Shown: piece by piece, positions 23,782-33,057 of the stretch | Layout: each line of letters starts with the position of its first letter | How positions within the stretch are numbered: position 1 is the first letter of the stretch | IMG/VR virus record: IMGVR_UViG_3300037311_000476 | Span: 1 to 47,578 of that record | Strand: one strand, 5' to 3' | From: a virus | Lineage: Duplodnaviria; Caudoviricetes | Length of the DNA: 47,578 bases | Program-made: the position numbers and the translations under genes | The notes under the pieces: model-generated | The model's input: the letters and a program-made list of their open reading frames with translations, nothing else | Told to the model about the DNA's origin: nothing | Databases searched by the model: none

Positions 23782-25732
23782 CGATGACGGACTGACCGAT
23801 TTCGACGGCGCGGGCGAGATCCTGCGTGCCTGGGGCAACGGGCTCCGGCCCGACCCCGACCTGACCGTTTCGGAATGGGCGGACCGGCACCGGATGCTCT
23901 CGGGCCGCGCCTCGGCCGAACCCGGGCGGTACCGCACGGTGCGCACGCCCTACATGCGCGAGATCATGGACCGGCTGTCGCCCGGCGATCCCACGCAACG
24001 GATCGTGTTCATGAAGGCCGCGCAGGTCGGGGCGACCGAGGCGGGCAACAACTGGATCGGGTTCGCCATCCACCAGGCGCCGGGGCCGATGCTGGCCGTC
24101 CAGCCGACGGTGGAACTGGCCAAGCGCAACTCGCGCCAGCGGATCGACCCGCTGATCGACGAGAGCCCGGAACTGCGGGAGCGGGTCAAACCGGCCCGGT
24201 CTCGCGACGCGGGCAACACCATGCTGTCCAAGGAGTTCGCAGGCGGCATCCTGATCATGACCGGCGCGAACTCGGCGGTCGGGCTGCGCTCCACCCCCGC
24301 GCGCTACATCTTCCTCGACGAGGTGGATGCCTATCCCGCCTCGGCCGACGAGGAAGGCGATCCGGTCACGCTGGCGGAAGCGCGATCGCTGACCTTCGCC
24401 CATCGGCGCAAGGTTCTGCTGGTCTCGACGCCGACGATCCGGGGGCTAAGCCGGATCGAACGCGAATACGAGGCGAGTGATCAGCGCCGGTTCTTCGTGC
24501 CGTGCCCGCATTGCGGCGCGATGCAGTGGCTGAAGTTCGACCGGCTGCGCTGGCAGAAGGGCCGCCCGGAGACGGCGGAATATCACTGCGAGGGCTGCGA
24601 CGCGGCAATCGCGGAACACCACAAGACGGCGATGCTGGAGGGAGGCGAATGGCGGGCGACGGCGGTCGCCGCCGATCCGACCACGGTCGGCTACCATCTC
24701 TCGGCGCTCTATTCGCCGGTGGGCTGGCTCAGCTGGTCCCGCATTGCCCGTGGCTGGGAGGCGGCCCAAGGGTCGGACGAGGCGATCAAGGCGTTCCGCA
24801 ACACCATCCTCGGCGAGACATGGGTCGAAACCGGCGAAGCGCCGGACTGGCAGCGGCTCTACGACCGGCGCGAGCGCTGGACATCCGGCACGGTGCCCGC
24901 TGGCGGGCTGTTCCTGACCGCAGGCGCAGATGTGCAGAAGGACCGGATCGAGGTCGATGTCTGGGCCTGGGGTCGCGGACTTGAGTCGTGGCTCGTCGAT
25001 CACGTCGTCATCGAGGGCGGACCGGACCGGCACGACGCGTGGTCGGAACTGACAGCGCTGCTGGATCGAAGCTGGCCGCACGAACGCGGCGCGCATCTCA
25101 CGATCGCGCGGCTCGCCGTCGACACCGGCTACGAGGCCCCGGCGGTCTATTCCTGGTCGCGGGCGCAAGGCTTCGCGCAGGTCTCGCCGGTGAAGGGCGT
25201 CGAGGGGTTCAACCGCGCGAGCCCGGTCTCGGGGCCGACCTTCGTTGATTCGACCGAGGGCGGCAAACGCCTGCGGCGCGGGGCGCGGCTCTGGACCGTG
25301 GCGGTGTCGACCTTCAAGGCCGAGACCTACCGCTTCCTGCGGCTGGCGCGCCCGACCGAAGAGGACATGACCGACGGGGCGGCATTTCCGCCCGGTTCGG
25401 TGCACCTTCCGCACTGGGTCGAGAACGAATGGCTGAAGCAGTTCGTGGCCGAACAGCTGGTGACGGTGCGCACCAAGCGCGGCTTCGCCCGGCTGGAATG
25501 GCAGAAGCTGCGCGAGCGCAACGAGGCCCTGGATTGCCGCATCTACGCCCGCGCCGCCGCCTGGATCGCGGGCGCGGACCGCTGGTCTGAGGAGAAATGG
25601 CGTGACCTCGAGGATCAGCTCGGGGCCGCTCCCACCGACACCGATCCCGCCGGACAGATCAACCGGCCGGGACTGGCCCCGCAGGGCAAGCGCCGCTCCG
25701 ACTGGCTCGGACGGCGCGGAGGATGGTTTTGA
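23729..25732 (+). CDS. terL: Terminase large subunit, lambda gpA family (start approximate)
   Basis: VSEWAD, KAAQVGATE (Walker A variant), YIFLDEVD, VSTPT, CPHCG, GADVQ and RNEALDC. Confidence 0.95.
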   Translation: MSVPTSTNLPRSGPTSGDDDGLTDFDGAGEILRAWGNGLRPDPDLTVSEWADRHRMLSGRASAEPGRYRTVRTPYMREIMDRLSPGDPTQRIVFMKAAQVGATEAGNNWIGFAIHQAPGPMLAVQPTVELAKRNSRQRIDPLIDESPELRERVKPARSRDAGNTMLSKEFAGGILIMTGANSAVGLRSTPARYIFLDEVDAYPASADEEGDPVTLAEARSLTFAHRRKVLLVSTPTIRGLSRIEREYEASDQRRFFVPCPHCGAMQWLKFDRLRWQKGRPETAEYHCEGCDAAIAEHHKTAMLEGGEWRATAVAADPTTVGYHLSALYSPVGWLSWSRIARGWEAAQGSDEAIKAFRNTILGETWVETGEAPDWQRLYDRRERWTSGTVPAGGLFLTAGADVQKDRIEVDVWAWGRGLESWLVDHVVIEGGPDRHDAWSELTALLDRSWPHERGAHLTIARLAVDTGYEAPAVYSWSRAQGFAQVSPVKGVEGFNRASPVSGPTFVDSTEGGKRLRRGARLWTVAVSTFKAETYRFLRLARPTEEDMTDGAAFPPGSVHLPHWVENEWLKQFVAEQLVTVRTKRGFARLEWQKLRERNEALDCRIYARAAAWIAGADRWSEEKWRDLEDQLGAAPTDTDPAGQINRPGLAPQGKRRSDWLGRRGGWF

Positions 25733-25734
25733 AC

Positions 25735-25944
25735 ATGACCGACTGGACGGAAACCGAACTCTCGGCGCTGCGCAGGGCCTATGCCAGCGGCACGACCCGG
25801 GTCAGCTATGACGGCAAATCCGTCGACTATGGTTCGGCCGAGGATCTGCTCGCCCGCATTCGCACCATCGAGCGCGCCATCGCGGGCGTTGCCCGTCCGC
25901 TGCCGATCGCCGGGCTTGCGGGCTTCTCGCGCGGGGATCGCTGA
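25735..25944 (+). CDS. gpW-like head-tail joining protein
   Basis: Small ORF between TerL and portal; SGTTRVSYDGKSVDY. Confidence 0.85.
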   Translation: MTDWTETELSALRRAYASGTTRVSYDGKSVDYGSAEDLLARIRTIERAIAGVARPLPIAGLAGFSRGDR

Positions 25945-27443
25945 TGTCCGCGACCTGGTTTGACAGGGCTTTCGCTTCGGTCGCCCCGCGGGCCGCTGCG
26001 CGGCGCGTGCTGGCCCGTCAGGCTTTCGAGGCGCTGACGCGGGGTTACGACGGGGCCGCGCGCGGGCGTCGCACCGAGGGCTGGCGCGCGCCGGGATCCT
26101 CGGCCGACACCGAGATCGGCGTGGCCGGGGCGCTGCTGCGGGACCGGATGCGCGATCTGGTGCGCAACAATCCGCATGCGGCAAAGGCCGTGGCGGTGCT
26201 GGTCAACAACATCATCGGCGCGGGCATCATGCCGCGCGCTGCGAGCGGCGACGACAAACTGGACCGAACAGTCGATGCGCTGTTCGCCCGCTGGACGGCT
26301 GAATGCGATGCCGACGGCCAGCTGGATTTCTACGGCCTGCAGACGCTGATCTGCCGCGAGATGGTCGAGGCGGGCGAGGTGCTGGTGCGACGCAGGTTGC
26401 GGCGGGCTGGCGATGGCTTGGCCGTGCCGCTGCAATTGCAGGTGCTGGAGGCCGACTTCCTCGACGCCACGAAATCCGGCGCCTTGGGCGACGGACGTCT
26501 GGTGCAAGGCATCGAGTTCGACCCGGTCGGCAAGCGCCGGGCCTACTGGCTGCATGCCGCTCACCCCGGCGATGCCTGGGGCACACTGCAGGGCGGGCTT
26601 GGGTCGCGCCCGGTCCCCGCGACAGAGATCGCGCACATCTACGAGAAGCAGCGCACGCAGGCGCGCGGCGTTCCTTGGGGCGCGCCGGTGATCCGGTCCT
26701 TGCGCGATCTCGACGATTACGAGGTGGCGGAACTGGTCCGGAAGAAGACCGAGGCCTGCGTGACCGCCATCGTCTTCGGTGATGACGAGGCGCAGCAGGG
26801 CATCGCCCCCGCGGTGGTCGACGCCGATGGCAACCGTGTCGAGCAGTTCGAGCCGGGGCTGATCGCCTATGCGCGCGGCGGCAAGGATATCCGCTTCAAC
26901 CAGCCCGCTGCCACCGGCGGCTATGGTGAATACAAGCGGGCCAGCCTGCACACGATCTCGGCCGGGTTCCGGGTGCCCTACGAGTTGCTGACCGGCGATC
27001 TCAGCCAGGTGAACTACTCGTCGATCCGGGCGGGCCTCGTCGAGTTCCGCCGGATGATCGACGCGGTGCAGTGGCAGCTGTTCATCCCGATGCTCTGCGC
27101 GCCGGTCTGGCGCTGGTTCACCGAGGCCGCCTGGGCGGCAGGCCAGATCCCGACACCGGATGTGCCGGTGGAATGGTCGCCGCCGAAGTTCGACGCCGTC
27201 GACCCCTACAAGGATGCCATGGCCGACCTGCTGGCGATCCGGACCGGCACCATGACGCTGGCGCAGGCCATCGCCCGGCAGGGCCACAACCCGGACGCAG
27301 TCCTCGCGGAAATCGCCGCGACGAACGCAAAGCTCGATGGCCTCGGCCTCGTGCTCGACAGCGATCCGCGCCGCGTCACCAAGACCGGCAGCGCGCAGGC
27401 GGGCGAACCGGCCGCCTCCGCATCCGAACCAGAGAAGGAATAG
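25944..27443 (+). CDS. Portal protein, lambda gpB family
   Basis: RDLVRNNPHA, QARGVPW, LTGDLSQVNYSSIRAG and VDPYKD. Confidence 0.93.
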   Translation: MSATWFDRAFASVAPRAAARRVLARQAFEALTRGYDGAARGRRTEGWRAPGSSADTEIGVAGALLRDRMRDLVRNNPHAAKAVAVLVNNIIGAGIMPRAASGDDKLDRTVDALFARWTAECDADGQLDFYGLQTLICREMVEAGEVLVRRRLRRAGDGLAVPLQLQVLEADFLDATKSGALGDGRLVQGIEFDPVGKRRAYWLHAAHPGDAWGTLQGGLGSRPVPATEIAHIYEKQRTQARGVPWGAPVIRSLRDLDDYEVAELVRKKTEACVTAIVFGDDEAQQGIAPAVVDADGNRVEQFEPGLIAYARGGKDIRFNQPAATGGYGEYKRASLHTISAGFRVPYELLTGDLSQVNYSSIRAGLVEFRRMIDAVQWQLFIPMLCAPVWRWFTEAAWAAGQIPTPDVPVEWSPPKFDAVDPYKDAMADLLAIRTGTMTLAQAIARQGHNPDAVLAEIAATNAKLDGLGLVLDSDPRRVTKTGSAQAGEPAASASEPEKE

Positions 27444-27447
27444 GGAC

Positions 27448-29475
27448 ATGCCCGATACGATGATGGCGGCCCCGGTCGCCTTGCCGATGCAGCTGCGGCG
27501 CGCGCCCATTCTGCCCGCGACCGTCAACACCGAGGCGCGCTCGGTCGACGTGGTCTTTACCACCGGCGCGGCCGTTCGGCGGCGACGGTGGACCGGCTGG
27601 GACACCTCCGTGCCCTTCGATGAAATCCTCGAGGTCAGCGACCGGGCGGTGGACCTGACGCGCCTCAACGCCGGAGCCCCGGCGCTCGACAGCCATTCGG
27701 TCTGGTCCTCGCATTCGCAGGTGGGCGTCGTCGAACGTGCCTGGATCGAGGGCAAGGAGGGCAAGGCCACCATCCGCTTCCCGCGCGAGGGGCTCGACCA
27801 GGCCGCCGACCGCATGTTCGGCCTGATCAGCGACGGCATCATCCGCAACGTCTCGGTCGGCTATTCCATCGAGCGGGTGAAGGTCGTCGAGCCCGCCGCC
27901 AAGGGCGAGGTCGAGCAGCGCATCGTCGAACGCTGGACCCCGCTCGAGGTCAGCTTCGTGACCGTTCCGGCCGATCCTCGCGCGCAGGTCCGCGCCGCCG
28001 ATCAGGCCAACTATCCCGTCGAGATCGTCGACACCCGCATTCAAAAGGAGGCATCCATGCCTGAGAGCACGACCACCGTGGCCGGGGATGTCCCCGCCAG
28101 CAACGAGACCCGCCAGCAGTCCGCCGCTGCCCCGGCGAACCCTGAACCGACGGCCACGCGCATGCCGGAACCGGCGCCCGACAGCGAGGCCATCGCAACC
28201 CGCGCCCGCGAGGCGGAACGCGACCGCGTCTCCACGATCTACGATCTGACCGGTCGCCTGAATCTCGAGCGCAGCTTCGCCGAGGATCTCGTCAAGCGCG
28301 GCGTCAGCGTGGACGAGTCCCGTCGCCTGATCCTCGACCAGGTCGCCGCGAAATCCGACGAGACCCGGACCTTCCCCCATGTCTCGGTCCCCCTCGGCGG
28401 CCGCGACGAACGCATCACCCGCCGCGATGCCGTGGCGAACGCGCTCCTTCATCGCTACAGCCCGACGCTCTTCCCGCTGGAGGATGCCGCGCGCCAGTAC
28501 CGTGGCATGACGCTGCTGGAACTGGCTCGCGAAAGCCTCGGCAACGCCGGGGTGAACACGCGCGGCCTGTCGCGCGACGAGGTGGCGACGCGCGCACTGC
28601 ATTCGACCTCGGACTTCCCCGAGATCCTGTCGGCCGTCACCAACAAGACGTTGCGGCAGGCCTATGACGCCTATCCCCGCACCTTCACGCTCTTCTGCCG
28701 CCAGGTGCTGGCAACGGACTTCAAGTCCATGCACCGCGTCCAGCTGGGCGAGGCGCCGCAGCTTCTGGAGGTGGGCGAAAGCGGCGAGTTCAAGCGCGGG
28801 ACCCTCGGCGAGAGCAAGGAAAGCTACCGCGTGAAGACCTATGGTCGGGTCGTGGCCATCACCCGGCAGGTGCTGATCAACGACGATCTCGACGCCTTCA
28901 CCCGGATCCCGGCGATGTACGGCAACTCCATCGCCCAGCTTGAAAGCGACGTCGTCTGGGGCATCATCACCGCGAACCCGGCGATGGCCGACGGCAACCC
29001 GCTCTTCCACACCACGCACAAGAACCTCGCAGGCACCGGTGCCGCGCTGGATGTGGCGAGCGTCGGCGCGGCCCGGGCGGCGATGGCGCTGCAGACCGGC
29101 ATCGACAAGAAGACGGTGCTGAACATCCGTCCCGCCTTCCTGATCGTCCCTGCGGCCCTCGAACTGAAGGCCGAGCAGTTGGTGGCCCAGAACCTCGTCC
29201 CCGCCGACAGCGCCAAGGTGGTCCCGCAGTCGATCCGCACGCTCTCGCCGATCAGCGAGCCGCGTCTCGACGCCGCCAGCGCCACCTCCTGGTATCTGGC
29301 CGCGAGCCCCAACCAGATCGACACCATCGAATACGCCTATCTCGAGGGTCAGCAGGGCGCCTACATCGAGACCCGTAACGGCTTCGATGTAGATGGCGTC
29401 GAGATCAAGTGCCGCCTCGACTTTTGCGCCAAGGCCATCGACTGGCGCGGTCTCTACAAGAACTCGGGCGCGTAA
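27448..29475 (+). CDS. Prohead protease / scaffold / major capsid fusion protein
   Basis: Protease ALDSH, NVSVGY and EVSFVTVPAD; linker; capsid HSTSDFP...IDWRGLYKN. Confidence 0.92.
   Translation: MPDTMMAAPVALPMQLRRAPILPATVNTEARSVDVVFTTGAAVRRRRWTGWDTSVPFDEILEVSDRAVDLTRLNAGAPALDSHSVWSSHSQVGVVERAWIEGKEGKATIRFPREGLDQAADRMFGLISDGIIRNVSVGYSIERVKVVEPAAKGEVEQRIVERWTPLEVSFVTVPADPRAQVRAADQANYPVEIVDTRIQKEASMPESTTTVAGDVPASNETRQQSAAAPANPEPTATRMPEPAPDSEAIATRAREAERDRVSTIYDLTGRLNLERSFAEDLVKRGVSVDESRRLILDQVAAKSDETRTFPHVSVPLGGRDERITRRDAVANALLHRYSPTLFPLEDAARQYRGMTLLELARESLGNAGVNTRGLSRDEVATRALHSTSDFPEILSAVTNKTLRQAYDAYPRTFTLFCRQVLATDFKSMHRVQLGEAPQLLEVGESGEFKRGTLGESKESYRVKTYGRVVAITRQVLINDDLDAFTRIPAMYGNSIAQLESDVVWGIITANPAMADGNPLFHTTHKNLAGTGAALDVASVGAARAAMALQTGIDKKTVLNIRPAFLIVPAALELKAEQLVAQNLVPADSAKVVPQSIRTLSPISEPRLDAASATSWYLAASPNQIDTIEYAYLEGQQGAYIETRNGFDVDGVEIKCRLDFCAKAIDWRGLYKNSGA
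28045..28059 (+). promoter_or_regulatory. Internal in-frame translation start (AAGGAGG RBS plus ATG 28057)
   Basis: Perfect Shine-Dalgarno 5 nt before an in-frame ATG (MPESTT) just after the protease domain. Confidence 0.7.
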
Positions 29476-29507
29476 CCGGCACTCCTAGATGCTGAACCCC
29501 AACACGC

Positions 29508-29540
29508 GGGCGGTCCAATCGGACCGCCCTTCGTCTTTCT
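29508..29540 (+). terminator. Hairpin / weak terminator after the capsid gene
   Basis: GGGCGGTCC-AATC-GGACCGCCC-TTCGTCTTTCT. Confidence 0.65.
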
Positions 29541-29555
29541 CGAAGGATCCTCCCC

Positions 29556-29891
29556 ATGAAAACCTACGTCCAGCCCGGCAACACCATCACCCTGACCGCG
29601 CCCTATGCCGTCGCCTCAGGCGAAGGCCTGCTCGTCGGCTCCATCTTCGGCGTGGCCTCTGGCACCGCCGCCCTCGGAGAAACCGTCGAAGCCGCGCTTG
29701 TCGGCGTCTACGAGCTGAAGAAGCTCGGCTCGCAGGCATGGGCCGTCGGCGACCGCATCTACTGGGACAACACCGCCCGTCAGACCACCAAGGTCACCAC
29801 CTCGAACACGCTGATCGGCGTGGCAACCGAGGCGGTGGCGGGAGGCGCGGGCGATGTGGCCGGCCGGGTTCGGCTGAACGGCTCCTTCTGA
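29556..29891 (+). CDS. DUF2190 family head decoration/cement protein
   Basis: MKTYVQPGNTITLTAP, GDRIYWD and RVRLNG; follows the capsid gene. Confidence 0.88.
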   Translation: MKTYVQPGNTITLTAPYAVASGEGLLVGSIFGVASGTAALGETVEAALVGVYELKKLGSQAWAVGDRIYWDNTARQTTKVTTSNTLIGVATEAVAGGAGDVAGRVRLNGSF

Positions 29892-30202
29892 TGAGCGCTT
29901 TCGCCGCCGCAGTCGGGGCGCTCTTCGCCGATCCGAACATCGGCCGGGACGCGGTTTACATCGCCGAGGGCGGCGCGCCCGTCCTTGTGCGCATCGTCGC
30001 CCGGCGTGCCGATGCCGTCACCGACTTCGGCGACGCGCGGCTCTGGTCCGAAACCACCCGCATTGACCTGCGCGTGGCCGAGGCGCCAGCCCCACGCCCC
30101 GGCGACCGGATCGAGATCGACGGCGACGACTTCCTCATTCAGGGCGAGCCCGTCCGTGACCGCGAGCGGCTGGTCTGGACCATCGACCTGCGCCCGGCAT
30201 GA
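29891..30202 (+). CDS. Head-tail joining protein (gpFII-like)
   Basis: TGATG overlap; PRPGDRIEIDG; position in the head-tail region. Confidence 0.75.
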   Translation: MSAFAAAVGALFADPNIGRDAVYIAEGGAPVLVRIVARRADAVTDFGDARLWSETTRIDLRVAEAPAPRPGDRIEIDGDDFLIQGEPVRDRERLVWTIDLRPA

Positions 30203-30837
30203 CCGCGATGAAGCTGAAGCTCGACATCGATCCCGACATCGTCGCGATGATGGCGGCCGAGGTCGCGGCGGGCGAGCGGGCTGTCTCGGTCGCGATCCGC
30301 GAGGCCGGGATAGGGCTGAAAGCCGCATGGCGGCTGCAGATCACCGGCGCGGGCCTCGGGGCCCGGCTCGCCCGCACCATCCGGTCGGAGCAGTTCCCGA
30401 AATCCACGCCCAGCCTGAACGCGGCGGCCGTGGTCTGGTCCAACGCCCCGGTGATCGTAGGCGCGCACGATACCGGCCCGCTGATCCGCTCGAAGAACGG
30501 GTTCTGGCTGGCGATCCCCACGCCCGCCGCGGGCAAGTCCCTGCGTGGCGGCCGGATCACCCCCGGCGAATGGGAACGCCGCACCGGTCTGCGCCTGCGG
30601 TTCATCTATCGCCGCCGGGGCCCGAGCCTGCTTGTGGCCGAGGGGCGGCTGAATACGAAGGGCCGCGCCGTGGCGTCACGGTCTAAGACCGGCCGGGGCC
30701 TCGTGAGCGCGCCGATCTTCCTGCTGGTGCCGCAGGTCAAGCTGCCGAAGCGGCTGGATCTGGCGCGGGACGCGGAGCGGGCCTTGGACAGCATGCCGGG
30801 GTTGATCGTGGCCAATTGGGTGGAGGGGCGGCCTTGA
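30199..30837 (+). CDS. DUF6441-like tail completion protein
   Basis: Basic protein with WLAIPT and PIFLLVPQVKLPKRLDL; neck-region position. Confidence 0.7.
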   Translation: MTAMKLKLDIDPDIVAMMAAEVAAGERAVSVAIREAGIGLKAAWRLQITGAGLGARLARTIRSEQFPKSTPSLNAAAVVWSNAPVIVGAHDTGPLIRSKNGFWLAIPTPAAGKSLRGGRITPGEWERRTGLRLRFIYRRRGPSLLVAEGRLNTKGRAVASRSKTGRGLVSAPIFLLVPQVKLPKRLDLARDAERALDSMPGLIVANWVEGRP

Positions 30838-30849
30838 GGTGCGGGTGGT

Positions 30850-30885
30850 CGCGCGGAGGGCCTCACAGGTCCTCCGCGCGTTTCT
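30850..30885 (+). terminator. Strong hairpin between convergent genes, with T-tract on the plus strand
   Basis: CGCGCGGAGGGCCT-CAC-AGGTCCTCCGCGCG-TTTCT. Confidence 0.7.
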
Positions 30886-31109
30886 CAGCCGCGGGGCGGG
30901 AACGGGTCGTTTCCGTAGCTGTTGCGCTCGCGGATCCGGCCGTCACGTCCGTGGATCAGAACTTCGCTCTGCTGGTTGCGCGCAATCTCGGTGGCCCGAT
31001 TGATTGCTTCGGCCTGAGTGCCGTAACGCGCCGTATCGCGGTTGTTCCCAGCGCCCAGGACTGCCCAACCGTCCTCGCGCCGAACCACGTGCTGGTTCTT
31101 GCCTGCCAT
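30885..31109 (-). CDS. DUF2188 family protein
   Basis: AAGGAGGT RBS; NQHVV...GWAV...TQAEAI...IHGRDGRIRERNSYGNDPFPPRG. Confidence 0.9.
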   Translation of the reverse strand: MAGKNQHVVRREDGWAVLGAGNNRDTARYGTQAEAINRATEIARNQQSEVLIHGRDGRIRERNSYGNDPFPPRG

Positions 31110-31177
31110 GTCCATCACCTCCTTTCGGTGGCATGCCGAAGATGTGGTGTGTGACAATCGAACGTTCAAGTAAGAAA

Positions 31178-31206
31178 TTGACGTTATGGTTCTGACAGCC
31201 TATCTT
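31178..31206 (+). promoter_or_regulatory. Sigma70-type promoter of the XRE-ImmA/PIN module
   Basis: TTGACG-N17-TATCTT. Confidence 0.65.
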
Positions 31207-31258
31207 GTGCCCATGCAGGGGCCGGGAGAAGCCCGACATGCACACCGAGGAACCCGTC

Positions 31259-32500
31259 ATGAATCGCATCGAATTGTCCCGTCGACTGAGGGAGGCACGA
31301 GAACTCGCATCAATCAGTCAGGGTGAAGTGGCTGAAGCTCTTGGCCTTCCCCGTACGGCTGTCACGCAGATCGAAGGAGGGAACCGCGCGGTATCCACCA
31401 TGGAACTTGCGCGACTGGCGGACCTCTATCGTCGGCCAGTCAGCTGGTTCCTCGCAGACGTTCCGGATGCTGATGAAGACGTAGTAGTGGCGCTGCATCG
31501 GATTGCGCCGGGCATCGATGCAACTCCGGAAATCCGGATCGAGGTAGACCGCTGCGTGCAGATCTGCCGCGAAGGTGTCAGTTTGGAAGAGTTGCTCGGG
31601 CGTGAAGAGCGCGATGGGCCGCCTGCGTACCGTGAGCCGGTACCAAGATCGACCGGGGAAGCTGTCGCTCAGGGCGAGCGGGTCGCTGAACAGGAACGGA
31701 GACGCCTCGAACTTGGTAGCGCTCCGATTGCCGACATGGCGGGACTGCTGGGCGATCAGGGGATCTGGGCATCGGTGGTGGATCTTCCTCACACCATGTC
31801 AGGACTGTTCCTGCATCATCCGAGCATTGGCATGGCAGTGCTCGTGAATGCGGCGCATGTGCGTGCGCGCCAGCGTTTCTCACTGGCGCATGAGTATGCG
31901 CATGTCCTCCTTGATCGCGACCGTGTGGTTGGCGTGAGCAGCGCCGACAACAGCCGCGAGCGCATAGAACAGCGCGCGAACGCTTTCGCCGCAGCCTTCC
32001 TGCTTCCCGAGGCCGGTCTCGAGGAAGAGCTGCGACAGCTCGGCAAGGGTCAGCCTGCACGTACCGATCAGATCGTCTTTGATGTGGCGACCGGTGGAAG
32101 CATACACGGCCAGCTGCGTCCGGCTCCTCGCTCCCAGACGATAGGCTTTCAAGACGTCGCGTTTATCGCGCACAGGTTCGGCGCAAGCTATCAGGCGGCG
32201 GTTTATCGACTGAAGAGCCTGCGCCACATCAATCAGCCCGAAAGCGACCTTCTGTTGTCTCCCGAGCAGGAGGAAGCGGGAAAGGACTACCTACGGGCCT
32301 TGGACCTCTTCGAGGATATTGAGGCGCCAGTCAGCAACAAGAGAGGAACCCGAGAGCTTAGGAGCCGCGTGGCTCACCTCGCCCTTGAGGCTTATCGGCT
32401 GGGCGAGATTTCGCGAGGACGCCTTCTCGATGTGGGCAAGACCATCGGTGTCGACGGCCGTAAGCTGCTCGAACTTGCCGAGGCAGCGCGAGCTGAGTGA
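31259..32500 (+). CDS. XRE HTH fused to ImmA/IrrE zinc metallopeptidase (alternative start 31238)
   Basis: RLREARE..ISQGEVAEALGLPRTAVTQIEGGNR; RQRFSLAHEYAH (HExxH); EQRANAFAAAFLLP. Confidence 0.9.
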   Translation: MNRIELSRRLREARELASISQGEVAEALGLPRTAVTQIEGGNRAVSTMELARLADLYRRPVSWFLADVPDADEDVVVALHRIAPGIDATPEIRIEVDRCVQICREGVSLEELLGREERDGPPAYREPVPRSTGEAVAQGERVAEQERRRLELGSAPIADMAGLLGDQGIWASVVDLPHTMSGLFLHHPSIGMAVLVNAAHVRARQRFSLAHEYAHVLLDRDRVVGVSSADNSRERIEQRANAFAAAFLLPEAGLEEELRQLGKGQPARTDQIVFDVATGGSIHGQLRPAPRSQTIGFQDVAFIAHRFGASYQAAVYRLKSLRHINQPESDLLLSPEQEEAGKDYLRALDLFEDIEAPVSNKRGTRELRSRVAHLALEAYRLGEISRGRLLDVGKTIGVDGRKLLELAEAARAE

Positions 32501-33024
32501 CGTCCACCATGCTGGTTCCTCCACCCGTTGTCCTCGTCACAGACACCTCCGTGCTGGTGAACTTCCTTCGGATCGACCGGATGGATCTGATCCGGAACCT
32601 TTCACCGCAGTTCCTGGTGACAGACCATGCCGTTGGGGAAATCACGGAGGTCTATGGGGACCAGTTGGCGCGGTTCGAAGCTGCTATTGTCGCAGGATGC
32701 TGCGAAGTTTGTCGGGTGGAGAGCGATGCAGCCATGGAGATGTTTGGGCAGCTCACTGGTACGCAGCGCCTCGGTATCGGCGAAAGTGCGACGATCGCAC
32801 ATGCGGTGTCGATTGGGGCCGGCGTCGCGCTGGATGACAGGCGTGCTGCGAATGAAGCCCGCCGCATCAGCGATGGCTTAGTCGTTCTCGGCACGGTCGA
32901 CCTGACCAGACAAATGATCGTCGAAGGTTTGCTGAGCGTAGAGGTCGCTGACGCCATCAAGGACGATTGGGCGACGAACCACCGTTTCAGACTGAAGATC
33001 GGGAGCTTCAGAGAACTTCTTTGA
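32497..33024 (+). CDS. PIN-domain protein (putative RNase toxin)
   Basis: LVTDTSVLVNF, LGIGESATIA and ALDDRRA; GTGA overlap with the peptidase gene. Confidence 0.8.
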   Translation: MTSTMLVPPPVVLVTDTSVLVNFLRIDRMDLIRNLSPQFLVTDHAVGEITEVYGDQLARFEAAIVAGCCEVCRVESDAAMEMFGQLTGTQRLGIGESATIAHAVSIGAGVALDDRRAANEARRISDGLVVLGTVDLTRQMIVEGLLSVEVADAIKDDWATNHRFRLKIGSFRELL

Positions 33025-33057
33025 CCGTGCACACCGCTCACGCACCAAGGCGGAAAC

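Noticed and set aside
29410-29475. Odd residues (DFCAKA and KNSGA in the capsid; VRCDTD in DUF2460) as signs of prophage decay
   Set aside because: Cannot be judged without alignments; reading frames are intact.
31259-32500. XRE-ImmA protein as the phage CI-like master repressor
   Set aside because: It sits in an insert within the structural genes, coupled to a PIN gene and far from the early promoters. It fits a toxin-antitoxin or defence module better, though a repressor role is not formally excluded.
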